NCBI GenBank assembly: GCA_040235395.1
Contig: JBECKS010000130.1
Span: forward strand, 3,011-67,010
Source: Pseudomonadales bacterium
GTDB lineage: Bacteria; Pseudomonadota; Gammaproteobacteria; Pseudomonadales; JBECKS01
Direction: 5' to 3'
Length of the DNA: 64,000 bases
Positions within the stretch are counted from its first letter, which is position 1; the number at the start of each line of letters is the position of its first letter. The notes below the pieces were generated by a model that had not been told where the DNA came from, did not search any database, and worked only from the letters and a program-made list of their open reading frames with translations. This document shows, in pieces, positions 10,969-21,100 of the stretch. Both the position numbers and the translations under genes were made by a program.

Positions 10969-10979
10969 GCAATACCATC

Positions 10980-11708
10980 GTGAAAAAAGTTCTCAAAGCT
11001 CAAAACATCGCTAAAAGTTTCAAAGGCAGGCAGGTTGTCCATGACATATCCATTTCCGTTGAGCAGTCACAAATAGTAGGCTTGCTGGGTCCTAACGGTG
11101 CAGGCAAAACTACTAGCTTTGACATGATTGTTGGACAGATTCCCTGTGACAAAGGCCAGATACTTCTCGATGAGGAAGATATAACACGACTTCCCATGCA
11201 CCAGCGCGCCCGCAGGGGTATTAGTTACCTACCACAGCAGGCATCCATTTTCAGAAAACTAACGGTCAGGGAGAACATCCTGTCTATTCTGGAAATCAGA
11301 AAGGAACTGGACAAAAAGCTAAGGGAAAACCTTCTTCACGACCTTATCGAGGAGTTCCAGATAGGTCATGTTGCCGACAGCCTTGGCATGAGTCTTTCCG
11401 GTGGTGAACGTCGAAGGGTTGAAATCGCAAGAGCCTTGGCCATTGAACCCGCCTTTATTCTTCTAGATGAACCATTTGCTGGCGTTGATCCAATTTCAGT
11501 AAACGAAATAAAGAAAATCATCCTTCAACTAAAAGAACGAAACATTGGTGTTCTGATTACCGATCATGACGTCAGGGAAACACTCGACATCTGTGAGAAG
11601 TCTTACATCGTCAATGCGGGGAAAGTCATTGAGGAAGGCGATGCAAAAACCATCTTGTCCAACCCTCTCGTGAAAGAAGTCTATCTCGGTCAACAGTTCC
11701 AGCTCTAA
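10980..11708 (+). CDS. lptB: LPS export ABC transporter ATPase
   Basis: 242 aa with a GTG start. Walker [10 protein letters not shown], signature LSGGERRR, Walker B ILLDEP. Confidence 0.95.
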   Translation: MKKVLKAQNIAKSFKGRQVVHDISISVEQSQIVGLLGPNGAGKTTSFDMIVGQIPCDKGQILLDEEDITRLPMHQRARRGISYLPQQASIFRKLTVRENILSILEIRKELDKKLRENLLHDLIEEFQIGHVADSLGMSLSGGERRRVEIARALAIEPAFILLDEPFAGVDPISVNEIKKIILQLKERNIGVLITDHDVRETLDICEKSYIVNAGKVIEEGDAKTILSNPLVKEVYLGQQFQL

Positions 11709-11831
11709 AAACACCCTCACTAAAGCTAAATTTCTTGATACTTCTCATGGAATTCGGCATAGATATTGCTTAGACTAGAACCTTTCCTTTGGTAAGCAAT
11801 AAGTAAGCCAATTTTTAATGAAGTCCTTAGC

Positions 11832-13379
11832 ATGAAAGCTTCCCTACAACTCAAGTTTAGCCAGAACCTGACAATGACGCCTCAACTCCAGCAGGCGATC
11901 AAACTCTTGCAGCTGTCCACTCTGGAGTTGCAACTTGAAATCCAGCAAATGCTTGAAACCAACCCTCTCCTCGAGCAGGAAGATGAGTTTGAGCAAATGG
12001 ATCTGCAGGAAAACCTTCACAGTGACGAACATGTAGATAGCTCTGAGGATGGCGAGCAGGATGCTGACTATAGTCAGGCACAATATGAGCAGGAAGTCGA
12101 AGAAAATCTATACGAACTGAGCCCATACGACGTTCAGGAAGATGTGGCCATGGATCCTACACAGGCCAGTGAACCGGATTATGAAGATCATTTCACACAA
12201 GACAGCCTGGTCTACGAAAATGCTAATACCTATTCCGATGAACAAAGCGCCGGTCAGTTTGAGCAGAATGGCACTGAAACGTCACTTGGCGATTATCTTC
12301 TAGAGCAATTAAACCTCTGCAAGCTTAGCCAGAGAGACTTGGCTATTGGTTATTTCCTGATTGAGTCTCTAGACGAACGTGGCTTTCTCAGCATGCCAGT
12401 AAAAGAAATCGGCGATGCCATCAACCGTTACCAACACAATGGCGCTGACCTTGTTGAAGAAGATGAAATTCTGGCTGTACTTCACCGCATCCAGCAGTTT
12501 GAACCCAGCGGCATTGCAGCACAGGATTTACAGGATTGTTTACTGATTCAGTTGAAGCAACTACCAGAACATATTCCTTATATCACCGAAGCTATGACAC
12601 TGGTTAAACGCTATTTCAACTACCTGGCTTCAAAAGATCTGTTGCAGTTAAAACGCAAAACACGTTTTTCAGAAGAACAACTTAGTTCAGCCATAAAATT
12701 GATACAGAATCTCGACCCAAACCCCGCCTCAAAAATCATTCAGACCAAAACCGATTACATCATCCCCGACATTATCATCAGAAAACACAATGGTAAGTGG
12801 TTCGCCGAACTCAATGAAAGCGCATTACCCAAAGTGCGTATTAATGATTTCTACGCAAGATCCATAAAGTCAGTGAGAAATACTGATGACAGACAATTTC
12901 TAAAACAGAACCTTCAGGAGGCTCGCTGGTTCATCAAAAGCCTTCATAGCCGACATGACACACTTCTTAAGGTTGCTACCGAAATTCTCAAGGTTCAGGA
13001 AGGGTTTTTTGAGGTTGGTGAAGAGGCTATGAAACCTCTGGTGCTTCACGATATTGCTGAACGTGTAGGCATGCATGAATCCACCATCTCCAGAGTAACC
13101 ACCCAGAAATACCTGCATAGTCCACGCGGTGTATTTGAATTGAAATATTTTTTCTCAAGCCACGTCACCACAGAGGCAGGTGGAGAGTGCTCATCTACCG
13201 CCATCCGGGCTCATATCAAGAAGCTTGTCGCTGCAGAGAATAGAAAGAAGCCCTTAAGCGACAGCAAAATCGCATCACTTCTGGCTGAGCAAGGCATTCA
13301 AGTGGCGAGAAGAACCATTGCAAAATACAGGGAATCTCTTTCCATCCCACCTTCAAATGAACGAAAGCAACTTCTGTAA
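11832..13379 (+). CDS. rpoN: RNA polymerase sigma-54 factor
   Basis: 515 aa. Region I LKFSQNLTMTPQLQQAIKLLQLSTLEL, an acidic region II, and RpoN box ARRTIAKYRE. Confidence 0.97.
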   Translation: MKASLQLKFSQNLTMTPQLQQAIKLLQLSTLELQLEIQQMLETNPLLEQEDEFEQMDLQENLHSDEHVDSSEDGEQDADYSQAQYEQEVEENLYELSPYDVQEDVAMDPTQASEPDYEDHFTQDSLVYENANTYSDEQSAGQFEQNGTETSLGDYLLEQLNLCKLSQRDLAIGYFLIESLDERGFLSMPVKEIGDAINRYQHNGADLVEEDEILAVLHRIQQFEPSGIAAQDLQDCLLIQLKQLPEHIPYITEAMTLVKRYFNYLASKDLLQLKRKTRFSEEQLSSAIKLIQNLDPNPASKIIQTKTDYIIPDIIIRKHNGKWFAELNESALPKVRINDFYARSIKSVRNTDDRQFLKQNLQEARWFIKSLHSRHDTLLKVATEILKVQEGFFEVGEEAMKPLVLHDIAERVGMHESTISRVTTQKYLHSPRGVFELKYFFSSHVTTEAGGECSSTAIRAHIKKLVAAENRKKPLSDSKIASLLAEQGIQVARRTIAKYRESLSIPPSNERKQLL

Positions 13380-13489
13380 AACAAATTCATTTCAGGAATA
13401 GCGAAGCCCCGCCAACAGTGGCAAAATGCAGTCTTCGTTTTTGAGGCAGAATTCCATTTTTATTGAGACTAGCGAAGTAATTGCTTGTT

Positions 13490-13978
13490 ATGAGTTCCAG
13501 AATTCCATCTACGCTTTTCAACCCTTCCAACGTACTGTGTAACGTGAATGCCGGAAGTAAGAAAGCCTTTTTCGAAATCGCCGCAAAGGAAATCTATCAG
13601 GAAGCCAGTATCGACAACTGGCAATCACTTTTTGATGCCCTCATTGCGCGAGAGAAAGTAGGTACAACCGGTTTCGGTGATGGCATAGCCATTCCTCACT
13701 GCCGGGTTGCCTCATGCAAGCAACCTACTGCCCTATTTGTAAAGCTAAGCAAGGCTATTGATTTTGATGCTGTTGATGGTCAGGAAGTGGATTTAATTTT
13801 TGTTCTGGTCGTACCAGAAGAGGCAAGTAGCGAGCATCTGGACATACTGTCTGTGCTAGCAGCGATTCTGGAAAAAAATGCCTATCGCATTTCCTTACGC
13901 GACAGTCAGACCAATGAAGAGCTCTTGAAGCGACTGGAACGCATGATTCAGGAGCAAGATCAGGAACAAGAAGAGTAA
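13490..13978 (+). CDS. ptsN: nitrogen-PTS enzyme IIA (EIIA-Ntr)
   Basis: Phospho-His motif GIAIPHCR. ATG at 13490 is preferred over the TTG at 13481 in the ORF track. Confidence 0.9.
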   Translation: MSSRIPSTLFNPSNVLCNVNAGSKKAFFEIAAKEIYQEASIDNWQSLFDALIAREKVGTTGFGDGIAIPHCRVASCKQPTALFVKLSKAIDFDAVDGQEVDLIFVLVVPEEASSEHLDILSVLAAILEKNAYRISLRDSQTNEELLKRLERMIQEQDQEQEE

Positions 13979-13983
13979 GAGTC

Positions 13984-14856
13984 ATGCAACTCAAGATTAT
14001 CAGCGGACGTTCGGGTGCAGGAAAAACAACAGCCCTGCAGATTCTTGAAGACCTGAATTTCTACTGTGTTGATAACCTTCCCTTGTTTCTCCTGCCCGAG
14101 CTAGTCAAGCAAATTCAGTCAGAATCTACAAACCACCCTCAAGCTATCTACGAAAATATCGCCGTTGGAATCGATGCCAGAAACCTCGCCTCACAAATCA
14201 GGAATTACGCAAAAATTATTGAAGACCTGAGCAAGCATGTTAACTGCGCCACCATTTACCTGGATTCAAAAGATGAGGTCTTACTGAGACGCTTTAGCGC
14301 AAGTCGTCGAAAACACCCCTTAAGCAACGAAGAGGTTTCTTTAGCTGAGGCCATTGCCAATGAAGTTGAGGTGCTCAAACCAATCGAAGACCTTGCAAAT
14401 CTTACCGTGGATACAAGCAACCTGACGGTCCATCAACTTCGAGAAACCATTAAGCAGAAAATCTATCAGGCAAACTCCCAACAAACCTCAATATTGATTC
14501 AATCCTTTTCATACAAGCATGGAATACCCATTGACGCTGATTTTGTCTTTGATGTCCGCTGTCTCAAGAACCCGCATTGGGAAGAAAGTCTTAAAGAACT
14601 AAGCGGGCTAGATCAGCCTGTGCAGGACTTTTTGATAAAAGATGAAAAAACCCAGGAAATGCTTAACGACCTGGACTACTTCCTGAATAAATGGGAGACC
14701 GAATTCGAGGCCAATAACCGTTCCTATTTAACGATTGCCATTGGCTGCACTGGTGGCAGGCACCGTTCAGTATTTATGGTTGAAAAACTGTCTGAAAGAC
14801 TGAAAGTTAAATCCCGAAAAGTTAAAGTCAGGCATCGAGAAATAGGAAGCAGATAA
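13984..14856 (+). CDS. rapZ: RNase adapter protein RapZ (YhbJ)
   Basis: 290 aa. Walker A GRSGAGKTT and C-terminal GCTGGRHRSV. Confidence 0.93.
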   Translation: MQLKIISGRSGAGKTTALQILEDLNFYCVDNLPLFLLPELVKQIQSESTNHPQAIYENIAVGIDARNLASQIRNYAKIIEDLSKHVNCATIYLDSKDEVLLRRFSASRRKHPLSNEEVSLAEAIANEVEVLKPIEDLANLTVDTSNLTVHQLRETIKQKIYQANSQQTSILIQSFSYKHGIPIDADFVFDVRCLKNPHWEESLKELSGLDQPVQDFLIKDEKTQEMLNDLDYFLNKWETEFEANNRSYLTIAIGCTGGRHRSVFMVEKLSERLKVKSRKVKVRHREIGSR

Positions 14857-14859
14857 ACC

Positions 14860-15129
14860 ATGTTGGAAAAAGACATTCACATCATCAATAAACTTGGCCT
14901 ACATGCCCGTTCAGCCTCAAAGCTGGTATCGGTTTCTTCCAACTATCTTTCAGATATCCAGATTACCTTCAAGAATAAACAGGTAAATGCAAAAAGCATT
15001 ATGAACCTGTTAATGCTTGCCGCCAAAAAGGGAGACGTCATCACCGTGATATGTGAAGGGGAAGATGAAGAAGCAGCCATGCAGGCAATTTGCGACTTAA
15101 TCGATAGGCGCTTTGACGAAGAAGAATGA
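14860..15129 (+). CDS. ptsO: phosphocarrier protein NPr (HPr family)
   Basis: 89 aa. GLHARSASKLV (His-15 region). Confidence 0.9.
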   Translation: MLEKDIHIINKLGLHARSASKLVSVSSNYLSDIQITFKNKQVNAKSIMNLLMLAAKKGDVITVICEGEDEEAAMQAICDLIDRRFDEEE

Positions 15130-15293
15130 TGTTTATTTTAGCTGTTCAAGCAAACCTGTTCCTAAGCTAATCACTGTTATCACCTACTCTATCTGTGAAA
15201 CTTCACTACAAATAAAGTACACTCTGCTTTCTTCTACGTGTTGCATAACACCTGGATTTTTTTCACACCCTTTTCCTGTAAGAAGTAGCAGCA

Positions 15294-16649
15294 ATGTCAC
15301 TTTCAGATAATAAAAAAGTACAGACACGCATCCATGAGATCAATAAAGCGCTAAGCAGCGGTACCTTTATTGAGGCGCGTCAGATGCTTAACAGCATTCC
15401 TCCTGAAGAAATTGCTCACCTCTGTGAATCACAACCGCCCGCAACACGAAATCTGCTTTGGCAATTGATTGATGAAAACCTGCAAGCAGATGTTCTGAAT
15501 GACCTAAGTGAAGATATCCGTAGTGAATTCATGAACTCTCTAGGCACGGAGCAGTTGATTCAGATTAGTGATGGTCTTGAAACCGATGACCTGGTAGACA
15601 TCCTGCAACAACTTCCGAAAACTATTTCGAGCCGCCTGTTAAATTCAATGGATGAACAGGATCGCCATCGCGTCGAACGCGTTCTGGATTATCCAGATGA
15701 CACTGCCGGTGGCTTAATGAATACCGATACCATCACGGTCCGGCCTGATATTAGTCTTGACGTGGTACTTCGTTACCTACGTAGACTCAAGGAATTGCCT
15801 GATACCACTGACAACCTCTGGGTTGTAAATCGTAATGACACCTTTATTGGTGTGCTTCCCTTAGGAAAACTTCTGACCTCCGACCCTACCATGACTGTGA
15901 GGGAGGCAATGGACACTGAATTTGAACCCATACTGGCCTCCTCTTCGGATACCGATGTCGCCAATCGTTTTGAAAGACAGGATCTTGTGTCAGCGCCTGT
16001 GTGTAATGAAAACGGAACCTTGCTAGGCCGTATCACCATCGACGACGTGGTTGATGTCATCCGTGAAGAAGCCGACCATTCTCTTTTGAGCATGGCGGCA
16101 TTAGATGAAGACGAAAGTACGTTTGCCCCCATCCTGAAAACAAGTCGTAAACGTTCTGTATGGCTTGGGGTTTATTTACTGACGGCATTTCTAGCCTCCT
16201 TTGTGATCGACCAGTTTTCTGCAACCCTGTCTGAAATCATCGCGCTCGCTGTACTAATGCCCATCGTCGCGAGCATGGGTGGCACCGCGGGCAACCAGAC
16301 TTTAGCCATTGTTATTCGAGGTCTTGCACTTGGACAAATTGGCAAGGCTAACGCGCGCCACCTTGTTTCCAGAGAGTTAAGAATTGCTGCAATCAACAGC
16401 CTGGTTTGGGCAAGCATCATTGGGCTGATTACCGAGCTCTGGTTCAGGGATTTGCGAATTGCCTATGTCATTGCATCAGCAATGGCTATCAATTTCCTTG
16501 TCGCAGGTTTTGCAGGTTCATCACTTCCATTACTAATGAAACGCCTGAATATTGACCCTGCACTTTCTGGTAGTGTTCTTCTGGTAGCCACAACGGATGT
16601 TGTGGGCTATTTCGTTTTTCTGGGTCTAGCCTCTCTCTTTTTCATGTAA
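15294..16649 (+). CDS. mgtE: magnesium transporter MgtE
   Basis: 451 aa. N-domain, CBS pair, and a C-terminal 5-TM domain with MPIVASMGGTAGNQT. Confidence 0.93.
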   Translation: MSLSDNKKVQTRIHEINKALSSGTFIEARQMLNSIPPEEIAHLCESQPPATRNLLWQLIDENLQADVLNDLSEDIRSEFMNSLGTEQLIQISDGLETDDLVDILQQLPKTISSRLLNSMDEQDRHRVERVLDYPDDTAGGLMNTDTITVRPDISLDVVLRYLRRLKELPDTTDNLWVVNRNDTFIGVLPLGKLLTSDPTMTVREAMDTEFEPILASSSDTDVANRFERQDLVSAPVCNENGTLLGRITIDDVVDVIREEADHSLLSMAALDEDESTFAPILKTSRKRSVWLGVYLLTAFLASFVIDQFSATLSEIIALAVLMPIVASMGGTAGNQTLAIVIRGLALGQIGKANARHLVSRELRIAAINSLVWASIIGLITELWFRDLRIAYVIASAMAINFLVAGFAGSSLPLLMKRLNIDPALSGSVLLVATTDVVGYFVFLGLASLFFM

Positions 16650-16675
16650 TGCACCAAGAGCATTCATAAATCGTT

Positions 16676-17242
16676 ATGGAATATATCAAACAAAGCGGCA
16701 CAGAAAGGGCTAATAAATCTCAACAGAAAAGAGAATTCGCTGCACTTAAAGTACATGCTGAATTTCTGTGCGGACTTAAACCAAAAGCCCAGCAGGAACT
16801 AACACTTAATGAAGAAATCCGGAATGGCTTGGCAGAGTTCAACCAGATAAAACATCCCAATGCTCAAAAACGTCATGTGCAATTCATGACACGCCTACTA
16901 TCAGAATTTAATGAACTGGAAACGCTTCTCGAACAACTACATCAACTCCAGAATCCTCATCTTAAGCAGCAACAACTTGAAAAACAGCTTGAGAACTTAA
17001 CAAACAAACTATTAAACACTGAACAGGAAAGCTTACATCAGGAAAGCATTGAAAAACTTTTCTCAGAACACCCCGATATAGACAAACAGCAATTCATGCA
17101 AATCCTTCGCAATGCTCAGAAAGAAATCATCCAAAACAAAAAAAATGATCAGGAAGAACAGGAAAGTAAGCAGCAGAAACCCGAAGGGAAACAACTAAAA
17201 AAACTAAAAAGCCTGCTCAGGGAATTATTATCAAAGAACTAA
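16676..17242 (+). CDS. darP: ribosome-associated protein DarP/YjgA (DUF615)
   Basis: 188 aa. NKSQQKREFAALK, QKRHVQFMTRLL and DKQQFMQILRNAQKE parallel the remembered E. coli YjgA segments. Q/K/E-rich tail. Confidence 0.75.
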   Translation: MEYIKQSGTERANKSQQKREFAALKVHAEFLCGLKPKAQQELTLNEEIRNGLAEFNQIKHPNAQKRHVQFMTRLLSEFNELETLLEQLHQLQNPHLKQQQLEKQLENLTNKLLNTEQESLHQESIEKLFSEHPDIDKQQFMQILRNAQKEIIQNKKNDQEEQESKQQKPEGKQLKKLKSLLRELLSKN

Positions 17243-18069
17243 GCATCCAGACGTCGATGCTGTAATACAGGCATTTTTTCCCGAATAAGTGTCTGGGCAT
17301 CAAGATCAAGCGTTGTTACCAACACACCTTTCCCGCTCTCGAGACACCCTAATAGAGAACCATCGGCATCAACTATCATGCTATGTCCATAAGTCTTACG
17401 AACCTGACCTGATGCACTCACGTGTTCTCCACCTTGATTGGCAGCCAAAACAAAGCATTGATTTTCAATCGCCCTGGCTCGAAGAAGAACTTCCCAATGC
17501 TTTTCCCCTGTAACATAAGTGAATGCAGCAGGAACCAGTAAAAGCTTACACCCTTGTTCACTGAGCTTTCGATAAAGCTCAGGAAACCTCAGGTCATAAC
17601 AGATTGAAAGACCCACTTTCAAACCATCAAGTTCGAATGAAAGCAATTCGCCGCCAGGAACAATTGTGTCTGATTCACGATAAGAGCCAATATTATCGCC
17701 CACATCCACATCAAAAAGATGAATCTTGTTATAACAGGCAATTCGCTTTCCATTGGGAGCATGGACACAAGATGCTGAATACACTTTCCCTTTTTCACTT
17801 GATAAGGCAGGTAAGGATCCCGCAACAATATAGCACTGATATTTTTTTGCCTGCTCAGAAAGAAAGTTTTCTATCGCATGGGTCTGCAATTCCTCCATTG
17901 CCAACTCATGAAAGTTGGCGGCAGAAAACATAAAGCAATTTTCAGGCAACAGAATAAGTCGAGCACCTTGATTCGCAGCCTCCTTGATTAAATCAGCTGC
18001 CTGAGCAAGATTTTCCTCAAAGTTGATTGTGCTAACCATTTGTACAACAGCAACTGACAGGCTTTTCAT
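17239..18069 (-). CDS. carbon-nitrogen hydrolase family protein (Nit/omega-amidase-like)
   Basis: 276 aa. Nitrilase-superfamily catalytic Cys context LSICYDLRFPELY. Conserved neighbour of yhdP in Pseudomonas-like gene order. Confidence 0.85.
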   Translation of the reverse strand: MKSLSVAVVQMVSTINFEENLAQAADLIKEAANQGARLILLPENCFMFSAANFHELAMEELQTHAIENFLSEQAKKYQCYIVAGSLPALSSEKGKVYSASCVHAPNGKRIACYNKIHLFDVDVGDNIGSYRESDTIVPGGELLSFELDGLKVGLSICYDLRFPELYRKLSEQGCKLLLVPAAFTYVTGEKHWEVLLRARAIENQCFVLAANQGGEHVSASGQVRKTYGHSMIVDADGSLLGCLESGKGVLVTTLDLDAQTLIREKMPVLQHRRLDA

Positions 18070-18131
18070 TGTTTACCACCTTACCCAATCTTTATGCACA
18101 CCACTAAAACCGGACGCCATCCATATTTATC

Positions 18132-21100
18132 TTATTCACTTTTCTGTTCTTCGCCAGTCAAGGCTTCATCAATTCCCTTGCCAATTTTTTTGAAAATTTT
18201 CAACGTTAGAATATCAGTCACGATACCTAAGTTAAAAATTCCCAACGCTTTGAATTTCTTGGATTTGATATCAAGCTCCACGATGCTTCCATCAAAGATT
18301 TCCAACCCCGCTTTGCCTGACATCGCATCGTAATCAAAATCCATCGGCGAACCAGGCCATTTAATATCGATTGTCATCAAACCCGAACTTTTTGAAGAAG
18401 GTTTAAGGTTTAAAGCACTGAACAGTTTTGTTGCAGCTGCCGTTCTTAAATGCCCCTTGAAATGCGTCACCGATTTATCTTCACTGTAATTCCAACGCCC
18501 AGTTCCGTTGATAGTCATCAAACCATAATTCAATTGATGCACATTAAAATCCATCCCATGATCATCTGGCATTAAATCAATCCGCCAACGCCCATTCTTC
18601 AAGGAACCCAATACCACTGTAGCAATATCAATCTGAGCAAACATAAAATCATCAGGCACATAAGGTTCTGTCACTTTTTTAACAGCCACTTTTTTGCTGT
18701 ATTCCCCACGCCCTGAATCATCCTTAACGGTTACCTCTTGATATTCAATGCCCTCTAACTGCTCCTCAGTTATTTTCAAATAATCCAGTTTAGCTACGAT
18801 TGGATTCTTTTTTGAAATCAATTCTTCATCTGGTACCCATATCACACCTTTTAATACTGAATTTTCAACATCTACACGCCACCTGAAATATTCTCTTGTT
18901 ATAAAAGCTTTCAGATTTTCCAGTTCCTGATCAAAACCTGTAAAACGATCAACCGTCACATCAACCCTATTGATAATGGCTGCCGTATCGTCTTCCTCTG
19001 TATTCATGGCAGTGGCTTTAGTAGGTGAAGGATTTGTAGACGAAGGATTGGTAGATGAAGGCTGTGCAGACGAAGACTCTGTACTCTGCTCTCCCACATC
19101 ATCCATCAGGTTTTTTTCGATATAGTCTACCCATTCATCGAAATCCACATGATCTATTCTTCCAGTTACAACCAACCCTGAATCCTGAGGCAAAGGATAA
19201 AAACCATCTCCAAAATGAATTCGACCTCGATCAAAATCACCGTTTTCGCCAACGGTTTTAGTAACAACACCTACACGTTTTCCATAATCCATGCGATAAA
19301 TTAACCAATCAGGAAATACATCAAGCTGAAGCGTACTCGCCACTGGAACATTTTCTTTTTTAGCGTAAGTTCCTGGCAAAACAATGGCGGTATTTTTCAA
19401 ATCCGTGTTTACTTCTACCCTGACAATCGACTCCTTGCCACGATAAGTATCACCAGTTAAAGGTAGTAATTCAGAGCTTTCATTACTCGCAGCAGGCACG
19501 CCAAGTTCTGGAAGCAAATCGTTTACCGCTTCCAAATCACCAATCGATATAGTCACATCAAAATCTGCAACACCGCTCAAATTATCGAACAACCAGAAGC
19601 TTTGCCAGCTTTTAAGATCATCAGCACTGAGCTTCCCCTTACCAGAAATCTGAAACACTTGTTCTCCTTCACTTTCATGTGTCTCTATTTTTCCCTCTAT
19701 CGGCTTATCAAAAAAGAGCGCACTTAAATGCTCTGTGCTCAGTCCCTCTTTTAACGAATAGTGCAGGTCGGTACTCAGCGACTTCACACCCAACCTGACA
19801 TCAGGAATAGCGAGTAAGGCATCTTCTGTTTTGAGGTTGACTTCTATCACCTCCTGCTTTTGACCAGGCTCATCTGAAAGCGGCAAATCAAGCATGACAT
19901 CACTTTGCTGACTGCCTGTTAATACCCAATCTTCAATAACGTGACCAAGAATTTCTTTCAATTCACTTTGCAAGAAAAGTTTCTGAACATCTCCTAAACT
20001 TCCAGATGACTGAGCGGATATCTGAACTCGAGGAAGGTTTTCCTTTAGATAAGATTCAATTTCAACTTGCCCATTAAACAACCGAGAATCAAACATTTTT
20101 GCTGATGATACTTTAGCCCTGACTCTATCGTTATGAACTAAAACATTTGCTTCTACTTCGTCTACCTGCGGCCAACGTCCAGGTAAATAATCAAGACTAG
20201 CATTATGTACATCGATATCGGTATCGAGCGTTGCAAAGGTATAAGGTTCATAGCGCTTCAAAAAAGCAAACAGAAAAATATCTCCTTCAGCTTTACCGTG
20301 CTTCAGAAAATCATCAATCCAAACAAGCAAAGACTCAGGTAATTTTCCAAGAAAAAACATCTTGATGTTTTCAAGCCCCATGGGTTGGATATGCGCTTGC
20401 AAGGACCAGGCAGGTATTTCTTTTTCACCTGTTTGATAATTTCTAGCTGGAATGTTTGCCTTAAACCGTCCATGTGCTGAAATATTATTAGCATGTAGTT
20501 CTGCTATATCACTGGAGATAACAATATCACCAGGAATCATTTCCAACAGCAGATTGGCAGAGAGTGAAGTGATATTCAGGTTTTCCCTGAAAAGATAGAA
20601 ATTTTCTTCGAGCAATGCGTCAAAGGTCTGTAGTTCCACACCCAGAACCTTAGGAGCATATTCAGCATAAAAATCTATGCCATGGACACCTGGCACTTTG
20701 TCAAAGGCGGAGACACCAATATCCTTAATGTAAGCACTGGCATACACTTCTCTTTCGGCATTAAATGGATCATAGGCAAAAACCTGAACTTGCTGAACTG
20801 AACCTTCAGGTGCAGCATCAATAATTTTTTTCTTTTTACTTTCCTCAAGAGGAATATAGGGTATTAATTTCCCAACCAAAGAAACAGGAATTCGATTAAT
20901 CAATAAGCGAGCGAAATCCCTGTTTTCCGGTTTTGATGAATCATCTTCATCAGAGAAATAGAAGGCATTCCATTCCCTTGCAAGCGGTTGACTTAAGTGT
21001 TCTGAGCGCCCTTGCTCAAAAATAATTGCCAGATTTCGCCATTGAAAATCACCCCAGGCAAGTTCAAAGTCCTTGAGTTTCAACTTGAACGGGATATGCG

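Noticed and set aside
15113-15310. 65-aa ORF spanning the npr-mgtE spacer
   Set aside because: It overlaps the ends of both flanking genes, has no RBS, and its sequence is Ser/Cys/Thr-rich and low in complexity. It is probably non-coding.
15773-16132. 119-aa and 82-aa (16172-16420) minus-strand ORFs within mgtE
   Set aside because: They are antisense shadows of a confidently identified gene.
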